Below, piece by piece: positions 42,922 to 53,888 of a stretch of DNA of 64,000 bases. The DNA is from an uncultured Solirubrobacteraceae bacterium. GTDB lineage: Bacteria; Actinomycetota; Thermoleophilia; Solirubrobacterales; Solirubrobacteraceae. Below the pieces are notes generated by a model that made no database searches, was not told the origin of the DNA, and saw nothing but the letters and a program-made list of their open reading frames with translations. Where the stretch lies: positions 3,535 through 67,534 of the forward strand of contig CAWKIT010000018.1 of the NCBI GenBank assembly GCA_963849695.1, in the 5' to 3' direction. The stretch's first letter is position 1, and each line of letters starts with the position of its first letter. The position numbers and the translations under genes were made by a program.

Positions 42922-45033
42922 ATGGAGGTCACGGCAGTCGCGGACGGGGTGTTCCGGTTGGGCCGGCCGCTCGACCGCTCGTTCGCCGTGCTCGACCCGG
43001 CCGCCTCGCTCGGTTCGCTCGAGACGCCGGCGGGCAGGGCGGTGGTGGGCGCGGACGGCGTCTCGTTCTATTCCGAGGACGAGGGGCTGGTCGCTTCGTT
43101 CGACGGGTTCGTGAAGCGGCGGCCGCCGCTCGAGCGGTACTTCGCCTGCGGCGAGCGCACCGCCGGGCTCGAGAAGACCGCCACGCGGCAGGTGTTCTGG
43201 AACGTCGACCCGCCGGCCGGCCACACCGCCTCCTTCAACAACCTCTACACGTCGATCCCGTTCGTGCTGTGCCTGCACGACGGTCGCGCGCACGGCGTGT
43301 TCTACGACCATCCGGGGCGGCTCGAGCTCGACCTCGGGAAGGCCGACCCGGACCGCGTCACGGTCGAGGCCGCCGACGACCTGGTGGTCTACGTGCTGCT
43401 CGGCCCGACGCCCGCCGACGTGCTCGACCGCTACACGGCGCTGACCGGCCGCACGCCGATGCCGCCGCTGTGGGCGCTCGGCAACCAGCAGTCGCGCTGG
43501 TCGTACATGAGCGCGGACCAGGTGCTCTCGATCGCGCGCGGGTTCCGCGCACGCGAGATCCCGTGCGACGTGCTCTACCTCGACATCGACTACATGGACG
43601 GCTACCGCGTGTTCACCTGGGACCGCGAGCGGTTCCCGGACCCCGCCGGCCTGATCGCGGAGCTGCGCTCACTCGGCTTCCGGGTGGTGACGATCACCGA
43701 CCCCGGCGTGAAGGTCGACGAGGAGTACGACCTGTACGCCGAGGGGCGCGAGCGGGGGTTCTTCTGCCTCACCCGCGAGGGCGGCGAGTTCCGCAACGTC
43801 GTCTGGCCGGGGCTGTGCGCGTTCCCCGACTTCACGGATCCCGCCGTCCGCGAGTGGTGGGGGTCGTGGCACTCGGTGCTGCTCGACGCCGGCGTCGCGG
43901 GAGTGTGGTGCGACATGAACGAGCCGTCGCTGTTCGTGCCGCAGCAGTCGACGATGCCCGAGGACGTGGTGCATCCCGGCGGAGGGCGGGCGCGCCTGCA
44001 CGGCGAGTTGCACAACGCGTACGGGTCGCTGATGGCGGAGGCGGCGCGGGCGGGGCTGTCGCGGCTGCGGCCCGACGCGCGGCCGTTCGTGATCTCGCGC
44101 GCCGGCTACGCGGGCCTCCAGCGCCATGCGCTGCAGTGGACGGGCGACAACTCGTCCTGGTGGGAGCACCTGTGGATGGGCATGCCGCAGCTGCAGAACC
44201 TCGGGCTGTCGGGGATCGCGTGGACGGGCGTCGACATCGGCGGGTTCTTCGGGGACGGGAACGGCGAGCTGCTGGCGCGCTGGACCGAGTTCGGCATCTT
44301 CCAGCCGTTCTGCCGCAACCACACGGCGATGGGGACGGTGGCGCAGGAGCCGTGGGCGTTCGGCGAGCCGTGGGAGACGGTGTGCCGGGCGATGCTGCAG
44401 CTGCGGATGCAGCTCGTGCCGTACCTGTACACCCTGTTCGAGGAGTGCCACCGGACGGGCGCCCCGATCCTGCGGCCGCTGCTGTTCGCGTATCCGGACG
44501 ATCCGACGACGTACACGGCCGACGACCAGTTCATGGTCGGCGACGCACTGCTCGTCGCCCCGATCACCCGGCCGGGCGTCGAGCACCGTCATGTCTACCT
44601 GCCGGCCGGCGCCTGGGCGCAGTGGTGGACCGGCGAGGTCATCGAAGGCCCGGCTCACGTGCTGGCGCACGCGCCCCTCGGCCGGCCGGCCATCTACGCG
44701 CGGTGCAACACGCCGATCCCGATGTGGCCGGTGGTCCAGCACACGGGCGAGGTCCCCGACTCGCTCACCTGGAAGGTGTTCGTGGGTCCCGGCTCGGGCG
44801 CGGGCGCCCTCTACGAGGACGCGGGCGACGGGTACGGGCCCGGCTGCCGGCGGACCGCGCAGGTGGAGTGGGCGGGCGGCGGTCGCGTCCGCTTCTCGCT
44901 CTCGTCCCGCTCGGGCGAGTTCGTCCCCCCGCCGCGAGACACGTTCGTCGAGCTCGCCGGCGGCGACCGTGTACGCCTCGAGGAGACCGGGGAGTCCGTG
45001 GTGATAGAACGAAACGTGACGAACGACGACTGA
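42922..45033 (+). CDS. Glycoside hydrolase family 31 alpha-glucosidase
   Basis: This is ORF 42766..45033 taken from M53: ...[16 protein letters not shown]...[13 protein letters not shown] (nucleophile region) ...[12 protein letters not shown]...GVDIGGF. Confidence 0.88.
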   Translation: MEVTAVADGVFRLGRPLDRSFAVLDPAASLGSLETPAGRAVVGADGVSFYSEDEGLVASFDGFVKRRPPLERYFACGERTAGLEKTATRQVFWNVDPPAGHTASFNNLYTSIPFVLCLHDGRAHGVFYDHPGRLELDLGKADPDRVTVEAADDLVVYVLLGPTPADVLDRYTALTGRTPMPPLWALGNQQSRWSYMSADQVLSIARGFRAREIPCDVLYLDIDYMDGYRVFTWDRERFPDPAGLIAELRSLGFRVVTITDPGVKVDEEYDLYAEGRERGFFCLTREGGEFRNVVWPGLCAFPDFTDPAVREWWGSWHSVLLDAGVAGVWCDMNEPSLFVPQQSTMPEDVVHPGGGRARLHGELHNAYGSLMAEAARAGLSRLRPDARPFVISRAGYAGLQRHALQWTGDNSSWWEHLWMGMPQLQNLGLSGIAWTGVDIGGFFGDGNGELLARWTEFGIFQPFCRNHTAMGTVAQEPWAFGEPWETVCRAMLQLRMQLVPYLYTLFEECHRTGAPILRPLLFAYPDDPTTYTADDQFMVGDALLVAPITRPGVEHRHVYLPAGAWAQWWTGEVIEGPAHVLAHAPLGRPAIYARCNTPIPMWPVVQHTGEVPDSLTWKVFVGPGSGAGALYEDAGDGYGPGCRRTAQVEWAGGGRVRFSLSSRSGEFVPPPRDTFVELAGGDRVRLEETGESVVIERNVTNDD

Positions 45034-45046
45034 CAGGAGCTCCTAC

Positions 45047-45652
45047 ATGGCTTACGAGGTCCCCCCGCTCCCCTACTCCTACGAAGCGCTCGAGCCGCAC
45101 ATCGACGAGGCGACGATGCGCGTGCACCACGACAAGCACCACCAGGCCTACGTCGACAAGGCCAACGGCGCGCTCGAGGGCACCGAGTGGGACGGCAAGC
45201 CGGTCGAGGACGTTCTCCAGAACCTCGACTCGCTCCCGGCCGACAAGCAGAAGGCGGTCCGCAACAACGGCGGCGGCCATTACAACCACTCGCTGTTCTG
45301 GGAGTGGATGAGCCCGGACGGCGGCGGCGAGCCGAGCGGCGCGCTGGGCGACGCGATCAAGAGCGCGTTCGGCTCGTTCGACGACTTCAAGGCCAAGCTC
45401 AAGGAGACCGGCGTCAACCAGTTCGGCTCGGGCTGGGCGTGGCTCGTGCACGACGGCTCCGGCCTCGCGGTGGTCGGCACGGCGAACCAGGACAACCCGA
45501 TCTCCTCCGGCCAGACGCCGCTGCTCGGCGTCGACGTCTGGGAGCACGCCTACTACCTCAACTACCAGAACAAGCGCCCGGACTACATCGACGCGTGGTG
45601 GAACGTGGTCGACTGGGACAAGGTCGCCGCGCGCTACGACTCCGTCGCCTGA
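45047..45652 (+). CDS. sodA: Fe/Mn-family superoxide dismutase
   Basis: [36 protein letters not shown]...[26 protein letters not shown] lies 8 nt upstream. Metal specificity was not determined. Confidence 0.95.
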   Translation: MAYEVPPLPYSYEALEPHIDEATMRVHHDKHHQAYVDKANGALEGTEWDGKPVEDVLQNLDSLPADKQKAVRNNGGGHYNHSLFWEWMSPDGGGEPSGALGDAIKSAFGSFDDFKAKLKETGVNQFGSGWAWLVHDGSGLAVVGTANQDNPISSGQTPLLGVDVWEHAYYLNYQNKRPDYIDAWWNVVDWDKVAARYDSVA

Positions 45653-46368
45653 CCATTCGCGAGTTCTACGAGGCGGGGTACGCGAGGACGGACGCCGCCG
45701 AGGCGGAGCTGATGGGCCGGTGGCGCGCGGTCGGGGCACGCTCGAAGGCGGCGCACGTCGAGACGCTCTGTGGCCGGCTGGGGCTGCGCCCGCAGACGGT
45801 GGTCGAGATCGGCTGCGGCGATGGGGCCGTGCTGGCCGAGATGGCCCGGCGCGGCCTCGCCGGCGTGCTCGACGGCTTCGAGCTGTCACCCACCGCGGCG
45901 GGCTACGCGCGCGATCGCGGCGTGGCCCGGCGGGTCGAGGCGTTCGACGGCGAGCACGTTCCCGCGGAGACGCACGAGTACGACCTCGCGGTGCTCTCGC
46001 ATGTGGTCGAGCACGTTCCCGACCCCCTGCCGCTCCTGTCCGAGGCGGCGCGCGTGGCGCCCCACGTGCTGGTGGAGGTGCCGCTCGAGGACAATCGCTC
46101 GGCGCGCAGGCCGGCCAAGCGGCGGCTGTCCGAGCAGTCCGGCCACCTGCACGCGTTCAACCGCGCCGGGATCAAGGCGCTGTTGACCGACGCCGGTCTC
46201 GAAGCGCGCGCCGAGCTCACCGACCCCCTCCCCCACGAGCACCACGCGTTCTTCGGCGGCCGCGCCAAGGGAGCCGTGAAATGGACGCTGCGGTCGGCGA
46301 TCCACCGGCTCGGCGCGGCGGAGCGGCTCTTCACCGTCCACTACGCGGTGATCGCTACGCGCGCGTGA
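45649..46368 (+). CDS. Class I SAM-dependent methyltransferase (start uncertain)
   Basis: This is the tail of shadow ORF 45187..46368: ...[10 protein letters not shown]...[19 protein letters not shown]...[16 protein letters not shown]. Family-like sequence begins right at the sodA stop, where only CTG 45649 or ATT 45655 are available. The first in-frame ATG is at 45712. Confidence 0.65.
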   Translation: MTIREFYEAGYARTDAAEAELMGRWRAVGARSKAAHVETLCGRLGLRPQTVVEIGCGDGAVLAEMARRGLAGVLDGFELSPTAAGYARDRGVARRVEAFDGEHVPAETHEYDLAVLSHVVEHVPDPLPLLSEAARVAPHVLVEVPLEDNRSARRPAKRRLSEQSGHLHAFNRAGIKALLTDAGLEARAELTDPLPHEHHAFFGGRAKGAVKWTLRSAIHRLGAAERLFTVHYAVIATRA

Positions 46369-47599
46369 AGCGCCGGCCGGTGACCGGCGACAGCGCCTCG
46401 TCGATCGCGTCGGCGTCGGCGCGCGCCGACTCGGCCTCGAGCTTGGCGAGCCGCTCCGGGGTCAGCTCGCCGACGTTCTCGTCCTCGATCCGCTGCAGCC
46501 ACTCGGCGCCCGCGGCCTGCTCGCCGGCGTCGACGTCGATCTGCTTGGTCTTGGCGTACTTGTCGATCTCGAGGAACAGCTCGTCGACCAGCCGCTCCTG
46601 GGGGACCTTCTTGAGCGCCTTGCCGCGGGAGAAGATCAGGCCCTCGTTCTTGGCGCCGGTGATGCCGAAGTCGGCGTGCGAGGCCTCGCCGATCCCGTTC
46701 ACGGCGCAGCCGAGCACCGCGACCTCGACCGGGTCCTCGTAGGCCTCGAGCCGGCGCTCGATGTCGGCCACCACGGTGTCCATGTCGAACTGCAGCCGCC
46801 CGCAGGTCGGGCACGCGATCAGGACCGGCCCGCGCTCACGCAGCTTCAGGGCCTTGAGGATCTCCCACGCCACCTTGACCTCCTCCTCGGCGTGGAAGGT
46901 CGACAGCGAGATCCGGATCGTGTCCCCGATCCCGTCCGCCAGCAGCGTCCCGAGTCCGACCGCCGACTTCAGTGAGCCCGACCACTTGGTCCCCGCCTCG
47001 GTGATGCCGAGGTGGAGCGGGTACGGGATCCGCTCGGACAGCAGCCGGTTGGCGGCGATCGTGTACGGCACGTTCGTGGACTTGATCGAGACCTTGAAGT
47101 CGGTGAACTCGAGGCGCTCCATCAGGCCGACGAACTCGACCGCGGCGGTCACCAGCGCCTCGACCGGGTTCTCGCGCTCGAGCTCGTGCAGGTGCTTCGG
47201 CAGCGAGCCGGAGTTGACGCCGATCCGCATCGGCGTGCCGGCGGAGCGCGCCCGGTCGGCCACCTCGGCGACCTTCTCGGGGCCGCCGATGTTGCCCGGG
47301 TTCAGGCGGATGCAGTGCGCACCCACGTCGATCGCCTTCAGCGCCAGCGTGTGGTTGAAGTGGATGTCGGCGATCACCGGGATCGGCGACTCGACCACGA
47401 TCGTCTTCAGAGCCTCGACGTCCTTGTCGCGCGGGACCGCGACGCGCACGATGTCGGCGCCCGCGTCCGCGACCTTGAGGATCTGCTCCATGGTCGCGGC
47501 AAGGTTCGCCGTCTCGGTCTTGGTCATGGTCTGGACGACGACGGGCGCGCCGCCGCCGATCTGGACCCCGCCGACGTTCACTGAGCGCTCGGAAGCCAT
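46355..47599 (-). CDS. ispG: 4-hydroxy-3-methylbut-2-en-1-yl diphosphate synthase (flavodoxin)
   Basis: This is ORF 46355..47671 taken from M25: VNVGGVQIGGGAPVVVQTMTKT...ADIHFNHTLAL...RIGVNSGSL...LIACPTCGR...GCAVNGIGE. It has a ~50-aa acidic C-terminal extension. Confidence 0.93.
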   Translation of the reverse strand: MASERSVNVGGVQIGGGAPVVVQTMTKTETANLAATMEQILKVADAGADIVRVAVPRDKDVEALKTIVVESPIPVIADIHFNHTLALKAIDVGAHCIRLNPGNIGGPEKVAEVADRARSAGTPMRIGVNSGSLPKHLHELERENPVEALVTAAVEFVGLMERLEFTDFKVSIKSTNVPYTIAANRLLSERIPYPLHLGITEAGTKWSGSLKSAVGLGTLLADGIGDTIRISLSTFHAEEEVKVAWEILKALKLRERGPVLIACPTCGRLQFDMDTVVADIERRLEAYEDPVEVAVLGCAVNGIGEASHADFGITGAKNEGLIFSRGKALKKVPQERLVDELFLEIDKYAKTKQIDVDAGEQAAGAEWLQRIEDENVGELTPERLAKLEAESARADADAIDEALSPVTGRRFTRA

Positions 47600-47689
47600 C
47601 GGCCACGAAGGATAGAAGCGGACTCGCTTACCCGGACCTGACGATCGCCCGGCAAGCCTGGATGCGGTCAACGACCACAGGAGGTTCGC

Positions 47690-47953
47690 ATGACGCGCAC
47701 CACGCTGGCGATCGCGCTCGCCACTGGCGCACTCGCAGTGCCTGCCGTCGCCCTCGCCTCAGGCGGGGCCGGCGATACCGCACCGTCGTCGACGACGCCG
47801 GTGCAGCAGCAGGAGCAACAGCCGGAGCAGCGGCCGCAGCAGCCGCGCGACCAGGACCGGCCGGGCCACCCGTGCCCGGAGGACCAGGGCGGCGGCTCGG
47901 GCGGTGGCGGCTCGAGCGAGGGCTCGGGCGGCAGCAGCGACACGCAGCTCTAG
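47690..47953 (+). CDS. Small secreted low-complexity (Q/E/P/G-rich) protein
   Basis: AGGAGG lies 6 nt upstream of the ATG. The sequence is a signal peptide (MTRTTLAIALATGALAVPAVALASG), then QQQEQQPEQRPQQPRDQDRPGHPCPEDQGGGSGGGGSSEGSGGSS. A terminator follows. Confidence 0.6.
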   Translation: MTRTTLAIALATGALAVPAVALASGGAGDTAPSSTTPVQQQEQQPEQRPQQPRDQDRPGHPCPEDQGGGSGGGGSSEGSGGSSDTQL

Positions 47954-47959
47954 GGGGTG

Positions 47960-47998
47960 CCCAACGGGCCATCGCACCACACGGAATGGCCCGTTGGG
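47960..47998. terminator. Bidirectional stem-loop between convergent genes
   Basis: CCCAACGGGCCAT-(13 nt)-ATGGCCCGTTGGG forms a 13-bp stem. It lies 7 nt after the TAG at 47951-47953 and 15 nt before the minus-strand stop at 48013. Confidence 0.55.
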
Positions 47999-48012
47999 TG
48001 GGGCCCCCAGGC

Positions 48013-49705
48013 TCAATACATCGCTGCGATCTCCCCGGCGTACTTGGAGGCGATGGGCTTGCGCTTGAGCTTCATGGTCGGCGTGAGCTCGTCGCCGCCG
48101 GGGAGCCAGTCCCCCTCCACGAGCGTGAACTTCTTGATCTGCTCCACCCGCCCGAGCTTCGCGTTGGCGTCGTCGACGCCCTTCTGCACCGCCGCCCGCA
48201 TCCGCTCGTCGTGCGCCAGCGCCGCCAGGTCGGCCCCGTCGATCCCCTGCTGGGCCGCCCACGCCGGTCCGAAGTCGGAGTCGAGCACGATCAGCGCGCG
48301 TGTTGTACGGGCGCCCGTCGCCGATCACGCACGCCTGCCCGATCAGCGGGCTCGCTCCCTTCAAAGCCGCCTCGATGTTCGAGGGCGACATGTTCTTGCC
48401 GGCGGCGTTGATGATGATCTCCTTCTTGCGGTCGACGATCCGGACGTAGCCGTCGTCGTCGATCTCGCCGATGTCGCCGGTGTGCAGCCAGCCGTCGTCG
48501 TCGAGCGCCTCGGCGGTCTTGTCGGGCGCGTTGCGGTAGCCGGTCATCAGCGTCTCGGACCGCACGAGCAGCTCGCCGTCGTCTCCGAGCCGCACCTCGA
48601 TGCCCGGCGCCGGCGGCCCCACGGTGCCGATCTTGATCTTCGCCGGCGGGTTGCAGCACCCGGCCCCGCAGCTCTCGGACAGGCCCCACAGCTCGGCCAC
48701 CGGGATGCCGATGGCGTGGAAGAACACCAGCACGTCGCGCGGCGTGGGCGCCGCCCCGACGTACACCGCGACGACCTCGTCGAGCCCGAGCATCGCCCGC
48801 AGCCCCGCGAACAGCTCGCGATCGGCCTCCTCGACGGTGGCGGCCAGCTCGTCGGGCACGGGCTCGCGCGCCTGCTCGTGCTCGACCTTGCGGGTCGCGG
48901 CCTGCAGCCACTCGCGGTTGCGCTCGGCGTCTTCGCCTTGCAAAAGGAAGCTCTCCAGGCCGGCCTTGAGCTTCTCCCAGATCCGCGGGACGGCGAAGAA
49001 CCAGGTCGGCCGGACGGCGGGCAGGTAGGCGGCGATCGCCCGCGGGTCCGGGCAGCAGGTGATCGTCATCGCGACCGCGACCGGCAGATAGTGGTTCGCC
49101 ATCCGCTCCGCGATGTGCGCCGCCGGCAGCCACGAGATCACCTTCGCCCCAGCCGGGAACTCGATCAGGGCGCGCGTGGTCTCGATCGTGGCCATCACGT
49201 TGCGGTGTGTGAGCTGGACGCCCTTCGGCGGCCCCGTGGTCCCCGACGTGTAGATGAGCGTGACCAGGTCGTCCGGCTCGATCGCGCGCCAGCGCGGCCC
49301 GGCGTCGAAGCCGGGCTCCGACGGCCAGCCGTCCTCCAGCGCCAGCACGTGCTCGAGCGCCGGGAAGCGGTCGGCGAACTGCGCCTCGATCAGCCCGACC
49401 CGCGCCCCTGCGTCGGAGACCACGTATTCGACCTGCTCGCGCGTGAACGTCGCGTAGATCGAGAACGGCGTCGCGCCCAGCGTCGCCACGGCGAGGTCGG
49501 CGACGTGGAACTCGGGCCGGTTCGACAGCAGCAGCGCGACGGTGTCGCCGCGCCGCACTCCGAGGGCGGCGAGGCCGCCTGCCAGCGCGTCGACGCGCTC
49601 CGCCAGCTCACTCCACGTCCACGAGACCTCGTCGTCCTTGGTGCGGACCGCGACCCGGTCGGGATGCTCGGCGACGGTGGTGCGGAAAGCGCGCGCGAGG
49701 GTCAT
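48013..49705 (-). CDS. AMP-dependent long-chain acyl-CoA synthetase/ligase; frame broken once as sequenced
   Basis: ORF 47759..49705 contains ...LIYTSGTTGPPKGV...WLHTGDIGEIDDDGYVRIVDRKKEIIINAAGKNMSP...IGDGRPYNT. After about 48298 it continues in ORF 48013..48288 as ALIVLDSDF...VEQIKKFTLVEGDWLPGGDELTPTMKLKRKPI. Confidence 0.85.
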
Positions 49706-49714
49706 CGCGCGACA

Positions 49715-50785
49715 CTACCGAACGCCGAACCCGTCCCCGGTGAGCCGGCCGACGTCGTTCGTGAGGCCGATCATGAACAGGGCGATCACGAGCACGAAGC
49801 CGACGAACCCGGCCCGCTCCATCACGCTGAAGGGGATCGCGCGGCCGCGCGCCTTCTCCGCCAGCGCCCAGAAGATGTGCCCGCCGTCGAGCGGCAGGAA
49901 CGGGAACAGGTTGATGACCCCGAGCGACAGCGAGATGATCGCCAGGAGATAGAGCGCGCGTTCGAAGCTCAGCTCGATCGTCTGGCGCGTGACCTCGTAG
50001 GAGCCGACGACGCCGGAGATGTCCTCGCGCTTGTCCGCCTGGAAGACGCCCGCGATCGTCTCGACCGTCTTCGTGGTGAAGAGCCACATCTCCGAGCCCG
50101 ACACTCGCGCTGCCTCGACCGGCCCGACCGGTCGCGGGACGGAGCCGACCGAGAAGCCGATCAGCATGTCCTCCTGGCCGGCGTCGTAGACCGGCCGCAA
50201 CCGCACCGTGCGCTCCTCGCCGCGCAGCGACACGGTGATCGTCGCCGGCGTGGTGGCGACGCAGCCGCCGACCTCCTCGCCCGCGCACCGGTGCGAGGCG
50301 ATCCGCGCCTTGAGCGTCTCGAAGTCGCCGCGCACCCCGTCGACCTCCACGATCCGGTCGCCCGGCGCCAGCTCGCCGCGCGCGGGTGGACCGTTGATGA
50401 GCTCGATCCGGTTGGTCGGCTCGCCGATCCCGTTGGCCCAGATCAGCACCCACAGGATCAGGAACGCGAGCACGATGTTGACCGCCGGCCCAGCGCCGAT
50501 CACCACGATCCGCTTCCACACCGGCTGGCGGTAGTACGCCTGGTGCGCCACGGCCGGAGGGATCTCCTCGGCCGGGTTCATGCCGGTGATCTTCACGTAG
50601 CCGCCGAGCGGGATCGCCCCGATCGCGTACTCGGTCTCGCCGCGCCGGTGACGTGCGATCAGCGGCGGGAAGAACAGCGAGAAGCGCTCGACGCGCATGC
50701 CGACGGCCTTGGCCGCGGTGAAGTGGCCGAGCTCGTGCAGGATGATCAGCGCGGCGAAGCCGAGGAAGGCGAGCAGGAAGCTCAT
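49715..50785 (-). CDS. rseP: RIP site-2 metalloprotease (M50, RseP family) with PDZ domain
   Basis: This is taken from ATG 50785 (ATGA overlap with the dxr stop) within shadow ORF 49715..51997: MSFLLAFLGFAALIILHELGHF (HExxH) ...LGVINLFPFLPLDGGH. Confidence 0.88.
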   Translation of the reverse strand: MSFLLAFLGFAALIILHELGHFTAAKAVGMRVERFSLFFPPLIARHRRGETEYAIGAIPLGGYVKITGMNPAEEIPPAVAHQAYYRQPVWKRIVVIGAGPAVNIVLAFLILWVLIWANGIGEPTNRIELINGPPARGELAPGDRIVEVDGVRGDFETLKARIASHRCAGEEVGGCVATTPATITVSLRGEERTVRLRPVYDAGQEDMLIGFSVGSVPRPVGPVEAARVSGSEMWLFTTKTVETIAGVFQADKREDISGVVGSYEVTRQTIELSFERALYLLAIISLSLGVINLFPFLPLDGGHIFWALAEKARGRAIPFSVMERAGFVGFVLVIALFMIGLTNDVGRLTGDGFGVR

Positions 50786-51925
50786 GCGTGCACCGCGACC
50801 AGCTCGCCGGCGACCGTCCGCGCCTCGGCGTCGGCCTGATAGAGCGAGTCGAAGCCGTGCACGGTGGCGGCGCCGACGCGCTCCAGCGTCGCCTCGATCA
50901 CGGCCGGGATGCCCATGAACGGGAGCCGGCCGCCGAGGAACGCGTGCACGGCGACCTCGTTGGCGGCGTTCAGCACGCACGGGCCGGTGCCGCCCGCCTC
51001 GGCCGCCTTGCGCGCGATCGCCAGGCACGGGAACGCGTCCTCGTCGGGCGGCTCGAAGGTCAGCGACCCGATCTCGGCGAGATCGAGCGTGCGGACCGGC
51101 ACGTCGACCCGCTCCGGGTGGTGCAGCGCATAGGCGATCGGCACGCGCATGTCCGGATGGCCGAGATGCGCCAGCGCGGCGCCGTCGCAGAGCGTCACGA
51201 GCGCGTGGACGATCGACTGCGGGTGCACGACGACCTCGATCCGATCGTACGGCGTGCCGAACAGGTGGTGGGCCTCGATGACCTCCAGCCCCTTGTTCAT
51301 CAGCGTCGCCGAGTCGATCGTGATCTTGCCCCCCATCGCCCACGTCGGGTGCTGGAGCGCCTGCTCGACGGTCACGCCCTCCAGCTCGGCGCGCGAGCGG
51401 CCCCGGAACGGGCCGCCGGAGGCCGTCAGCACGAGCCGGTCGATCGTCCCCACGCGCTCGCCGGCGATCAGCTGGTACAGCGCCGAGTGCTCGGAGTCGA
51501 CCGGGATGATCTGCGCGCCGGTGGCCTCCGCCAGCGCGGTGACCAGCTCGCCGCCGACCACCAGCGACTCCTTGTTGGCCAATGCCAGATCGATGCCCTC
51601 GGTCAGAGCCACGATGGTCGGCCCGAGTCCCGCCGAGCCGACGATCGCGTTCAGCACCAGATCGGCGTCCGACCCCGCGACCAGCTCGACCAGGCCCTCG
51701 GGCCCCGCGAGCACCTCCCCGCTCGGTCCACGCCTCCGAGGCGCGCGCGGCCGCGTCGGGGTCCGACAGAGCGATCCGCTTCACCCCGTGCTCGCGCGCC
51801 TGCGCAACGAGATCCTCGTGCGCCGTGCCCGCGGACAGGCCGACGAGCTCGAACTCGTCACCGAGGACGTCGAGCGCCTGCGTGCCGATCGAGCCGGTCG
51901 ACCCGAGGATCAGGAGTCGCTTCAT
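50782..51925 (-). CDS. dxr: 1-deoxy-D-xylulose 5-phosphate reductoisomerase; frame broken once as sequenced
   Basis: MKRLLILGSTGSIGTQALDV...ASEAWTE lies in the ORF 49715..51997 frame. After about 51721 it continues in ORF 50782..51714: GEVLAGPEGLVELV...LANKESLV...PVDSEHSALYQ...LTASGGPFR...MGGKITIDSATLMNKGLEVIEAH. Confidence 0.9.
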
Positions 51926-51951
51926 CGGCGACCCATTGTGGCAACGAGGGG

Positions 51952-52401
51952 CTAAGGACCGGATGAATCCGTGCGCGCGAGCGGGCGCATGAACCACAGA
52001 ACGCCGAGCACGACCGCGATCAGCGCCGGCCAGACCCAGCGCAGTGCTCCGTCATACAGGAAGTCCGTGATCAGGGTTACGGCGCCGAAAATGGCGAGCG
52101 AGAGGAAGACGAGGCCGACGATTATCTGCGTGTTCGCCGACTCGATCACGTACTTTCGGTCGCGCTTGTGGAAGCGCAGGCGGTGAGTGGCGGTGGGCGC
52201 GATGAAGCAAGCCGTCGAGATCGCGGTCACGAGCAGGGTGGCGAAGAACAGGTTCTTCTGGAAGTTCGTGACGCGCTCGAAGCCCTGCGCGAACGGCACC
52301 GTGAGCAGGAACGCGAACAGGATCTGGACGCCGGGCAGCGCGACGCGCAGCTCCTGCAGGAGCTCGGCCATCTGCCGCTCTGTGCGCTCGCGCTCGTCCA
52401 T
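51952..52401 (-). CDS. DUF6328-family membrane protein
   Basis: MDERERTERQMAELLQELRVALPGVQILFAFLLTVPFAQGFERV... is followed by 3-4 TM segments. The family name is from memory. Confidence 0.6.
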   Translation of the reverse strand: MDERERTERQMAELLQELRVALPGVQILFAFLLTVPFAQGFERVTNFQKNLFFATLLVTAISTACFIAPTATHRLRFHKRDRKYVIESANTQIIVGLVFLSLAIFGAVTLITDFLYDGALRWVWPALIAVVLGVLWFMRPLARTDSSGP

Positions 52402-52404
52402 TTG

Positions 52405-53229
52405 CTAAAGCATTGTGAGCCAGACGTAATACCCGGTGACGAGCGTGAAGAACGCGGCGTCGAGCCGGTCGAGCGCCCCGCCGTGGGCGCCGAACAGCGT
52501 GCCGGCGTCCTTGGCGTGAGCGTCGCGCTTGACCGCGGACTCGAACAGGTCGCCGAGCGGTGCCGTGGCGCCGACCGCCACCCCGAGCAGGAGCGCCTGG
52601 CCGTGCGTGAGCCAGTCCTGGTACAGGCCGGCCGCCCAGGTGGCGATCACCGCTCCCGCGAACCCGATCACGAGGCCCTCGACGGTCTTGTTCGGCGAGA
52701 TCCGGGGCGACAGCTTGCGGGTGCCGAACGTGCGGCCGCCCAGGTAGGCGGCGCTGTCCCCGATGAACGTGCCGACGAGGATGTCGATGACGATGCCGTC
52801 GCCGTGCGGGGTCTCGCGCAGCAGGATGGCGTGCGCGATCGCCATCCCGACCCACACGACCCCGAACATGGTGATCGACATGGCCGCGGTCAGCGAGGGG
52901 CCTTCGCGGCGCGGCATCGCCAGGCCGAGCAGGAACATCACCGGCACGAACGCCACCAGCGCGAGCAGGATCTGCCGCTCTCCCCCCTCCAGGGCCGCGA
53001 CGGCGAAGCCCCCGAGCGCGAGGAAGCCGGCGAGTCTGATCGGCCGCACGTGGTCGTACATGCGGAACAGCTCGTGCAGGCAGACGATGCCCAGCACGAG
53101 GATGCCGAGGGCGAAGATCCAGCCGCCGGCGACGATGATGAAGATCGCGTAGGCGATCGCGGGGATCGCGACCAGGATGCGGACGCCGAGGTCCGAGCCG
53201 CCGCGGCGGCGGCGCGGGCGGGCGCTCAT
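52405..53229 (-). CDS. cdsA: Phosphatidate cytidylyltransferase
   Basis: This is ORF 52405..53349 taken from M41, in an ATGA overlap with the uppS stop. It carries the signature SAVKRDAHAKDAGTLFGAHGGALDRLD. Confidence 0.88.
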   Translation of the reverse strand: MSARPRRRRGGSDLGVRILVAIPAIAYAIFIIVAGGWIFALGILVLGIVCLHELFRMYDHVRPIRLAGFLALGGFAVAALEGGERQILLALVAFVPVMFLLGLAMPRREGPSLTAAMSITMFGVVWVGMAIAHAILLRETPHGDGIVIDILVGTFIGDSAAYLGGRTFGTRKLSPRISPNKTVEGLVIGFAGAVIATWAAGLYQDWLTHGQALLLGVAVGATAPLGDLFESAVKRDAHAKDAGTLFGAHGGALDRLDAAFFTLVTGYYVWLTML

Positions 53230-53888
53230 CGGCCGCCGAACCGGCGCCGGCGTACCTCGAACTCTCCGAGCGCGGCCTCGAAGTCCTCGCGCGAGAAGTC
53301 GGGCCACAGGACCTCGGTGAAGTGCAGCTCCGAGTAGGCCGACTGCCACAGCAGGTAGTTCGACAGCCGCTGCTCGCCGCTCGTGCGGATGATCAGGTCG
53401 GGGTCATGCATGTCCGGCGCGTAGAGCAGCGCCCGGAACTCCTCCTCGGTGGCGCCCTCGAAGCGACGGGCGGCGTCGATGATCTCGGCGCGGCCGCCGT
53501 AGTTGAACGCCACGTAGAGCGTGATCCGCTCGTTGGCGGCGGTCTGCTCCTCCGCCCACGCCATCTGGTCGAGCAGCTCGGCCGCGACGCCCTCGCGGCG
53601 GCCGATGAAGCGCATCCGCACGCCCTCGCCGTCGAGCTCGGGGGTCTCGGCGAGGATCCGCTCGGAGAACATCGCCATCAGCGCCGCGACCTCCTCCGGG
53701 GGGCGCGACCAGTTCTCGGTCGAGAACGAGTAGACGGTCAGCTCCCGCACGCCGAGGTCGACGGCGTCACGGAGGCGGGCCTTGACGGTGTCGGCGCCCG
53801 CGCGGTGCCCCTCCTCGACGGGCAGGCCCCGCTGCCGGGCCCAGCGTCCGTTGCCATCCGTGATGATGGCGACGTACGAGGCGCTCAC
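53226..53888 (-). CDS. uppS: Isoprenyl (undecaprenyl/decaprenyl) diphosphate synthase
   Basis: VAIITDGNGRWARQRGL...LTVYSFSTENWSRP...IIRTSGEQRLSNYLLWQSAYSE. Confidence 0.92.
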   Translation of the reverse strand: MSASYVAIITDGNGRWARQRGLPVEEGHRAGADTVKARLRDAVDLGVRELTVYSFSTENWSRPPEEVAALMAMFSERILAETPELDGEGVRMRFIGRREGVAAELLDQMAWAEEQTAANERITLYVAFNYGGRAEIIDAARRFEGATEEEFRALLYAPDMHDPDLIIRTSGEQRLSNYLLWQSAYSELHFTEVLWPDFSREDFEAALGEFEVRRRRFGGR

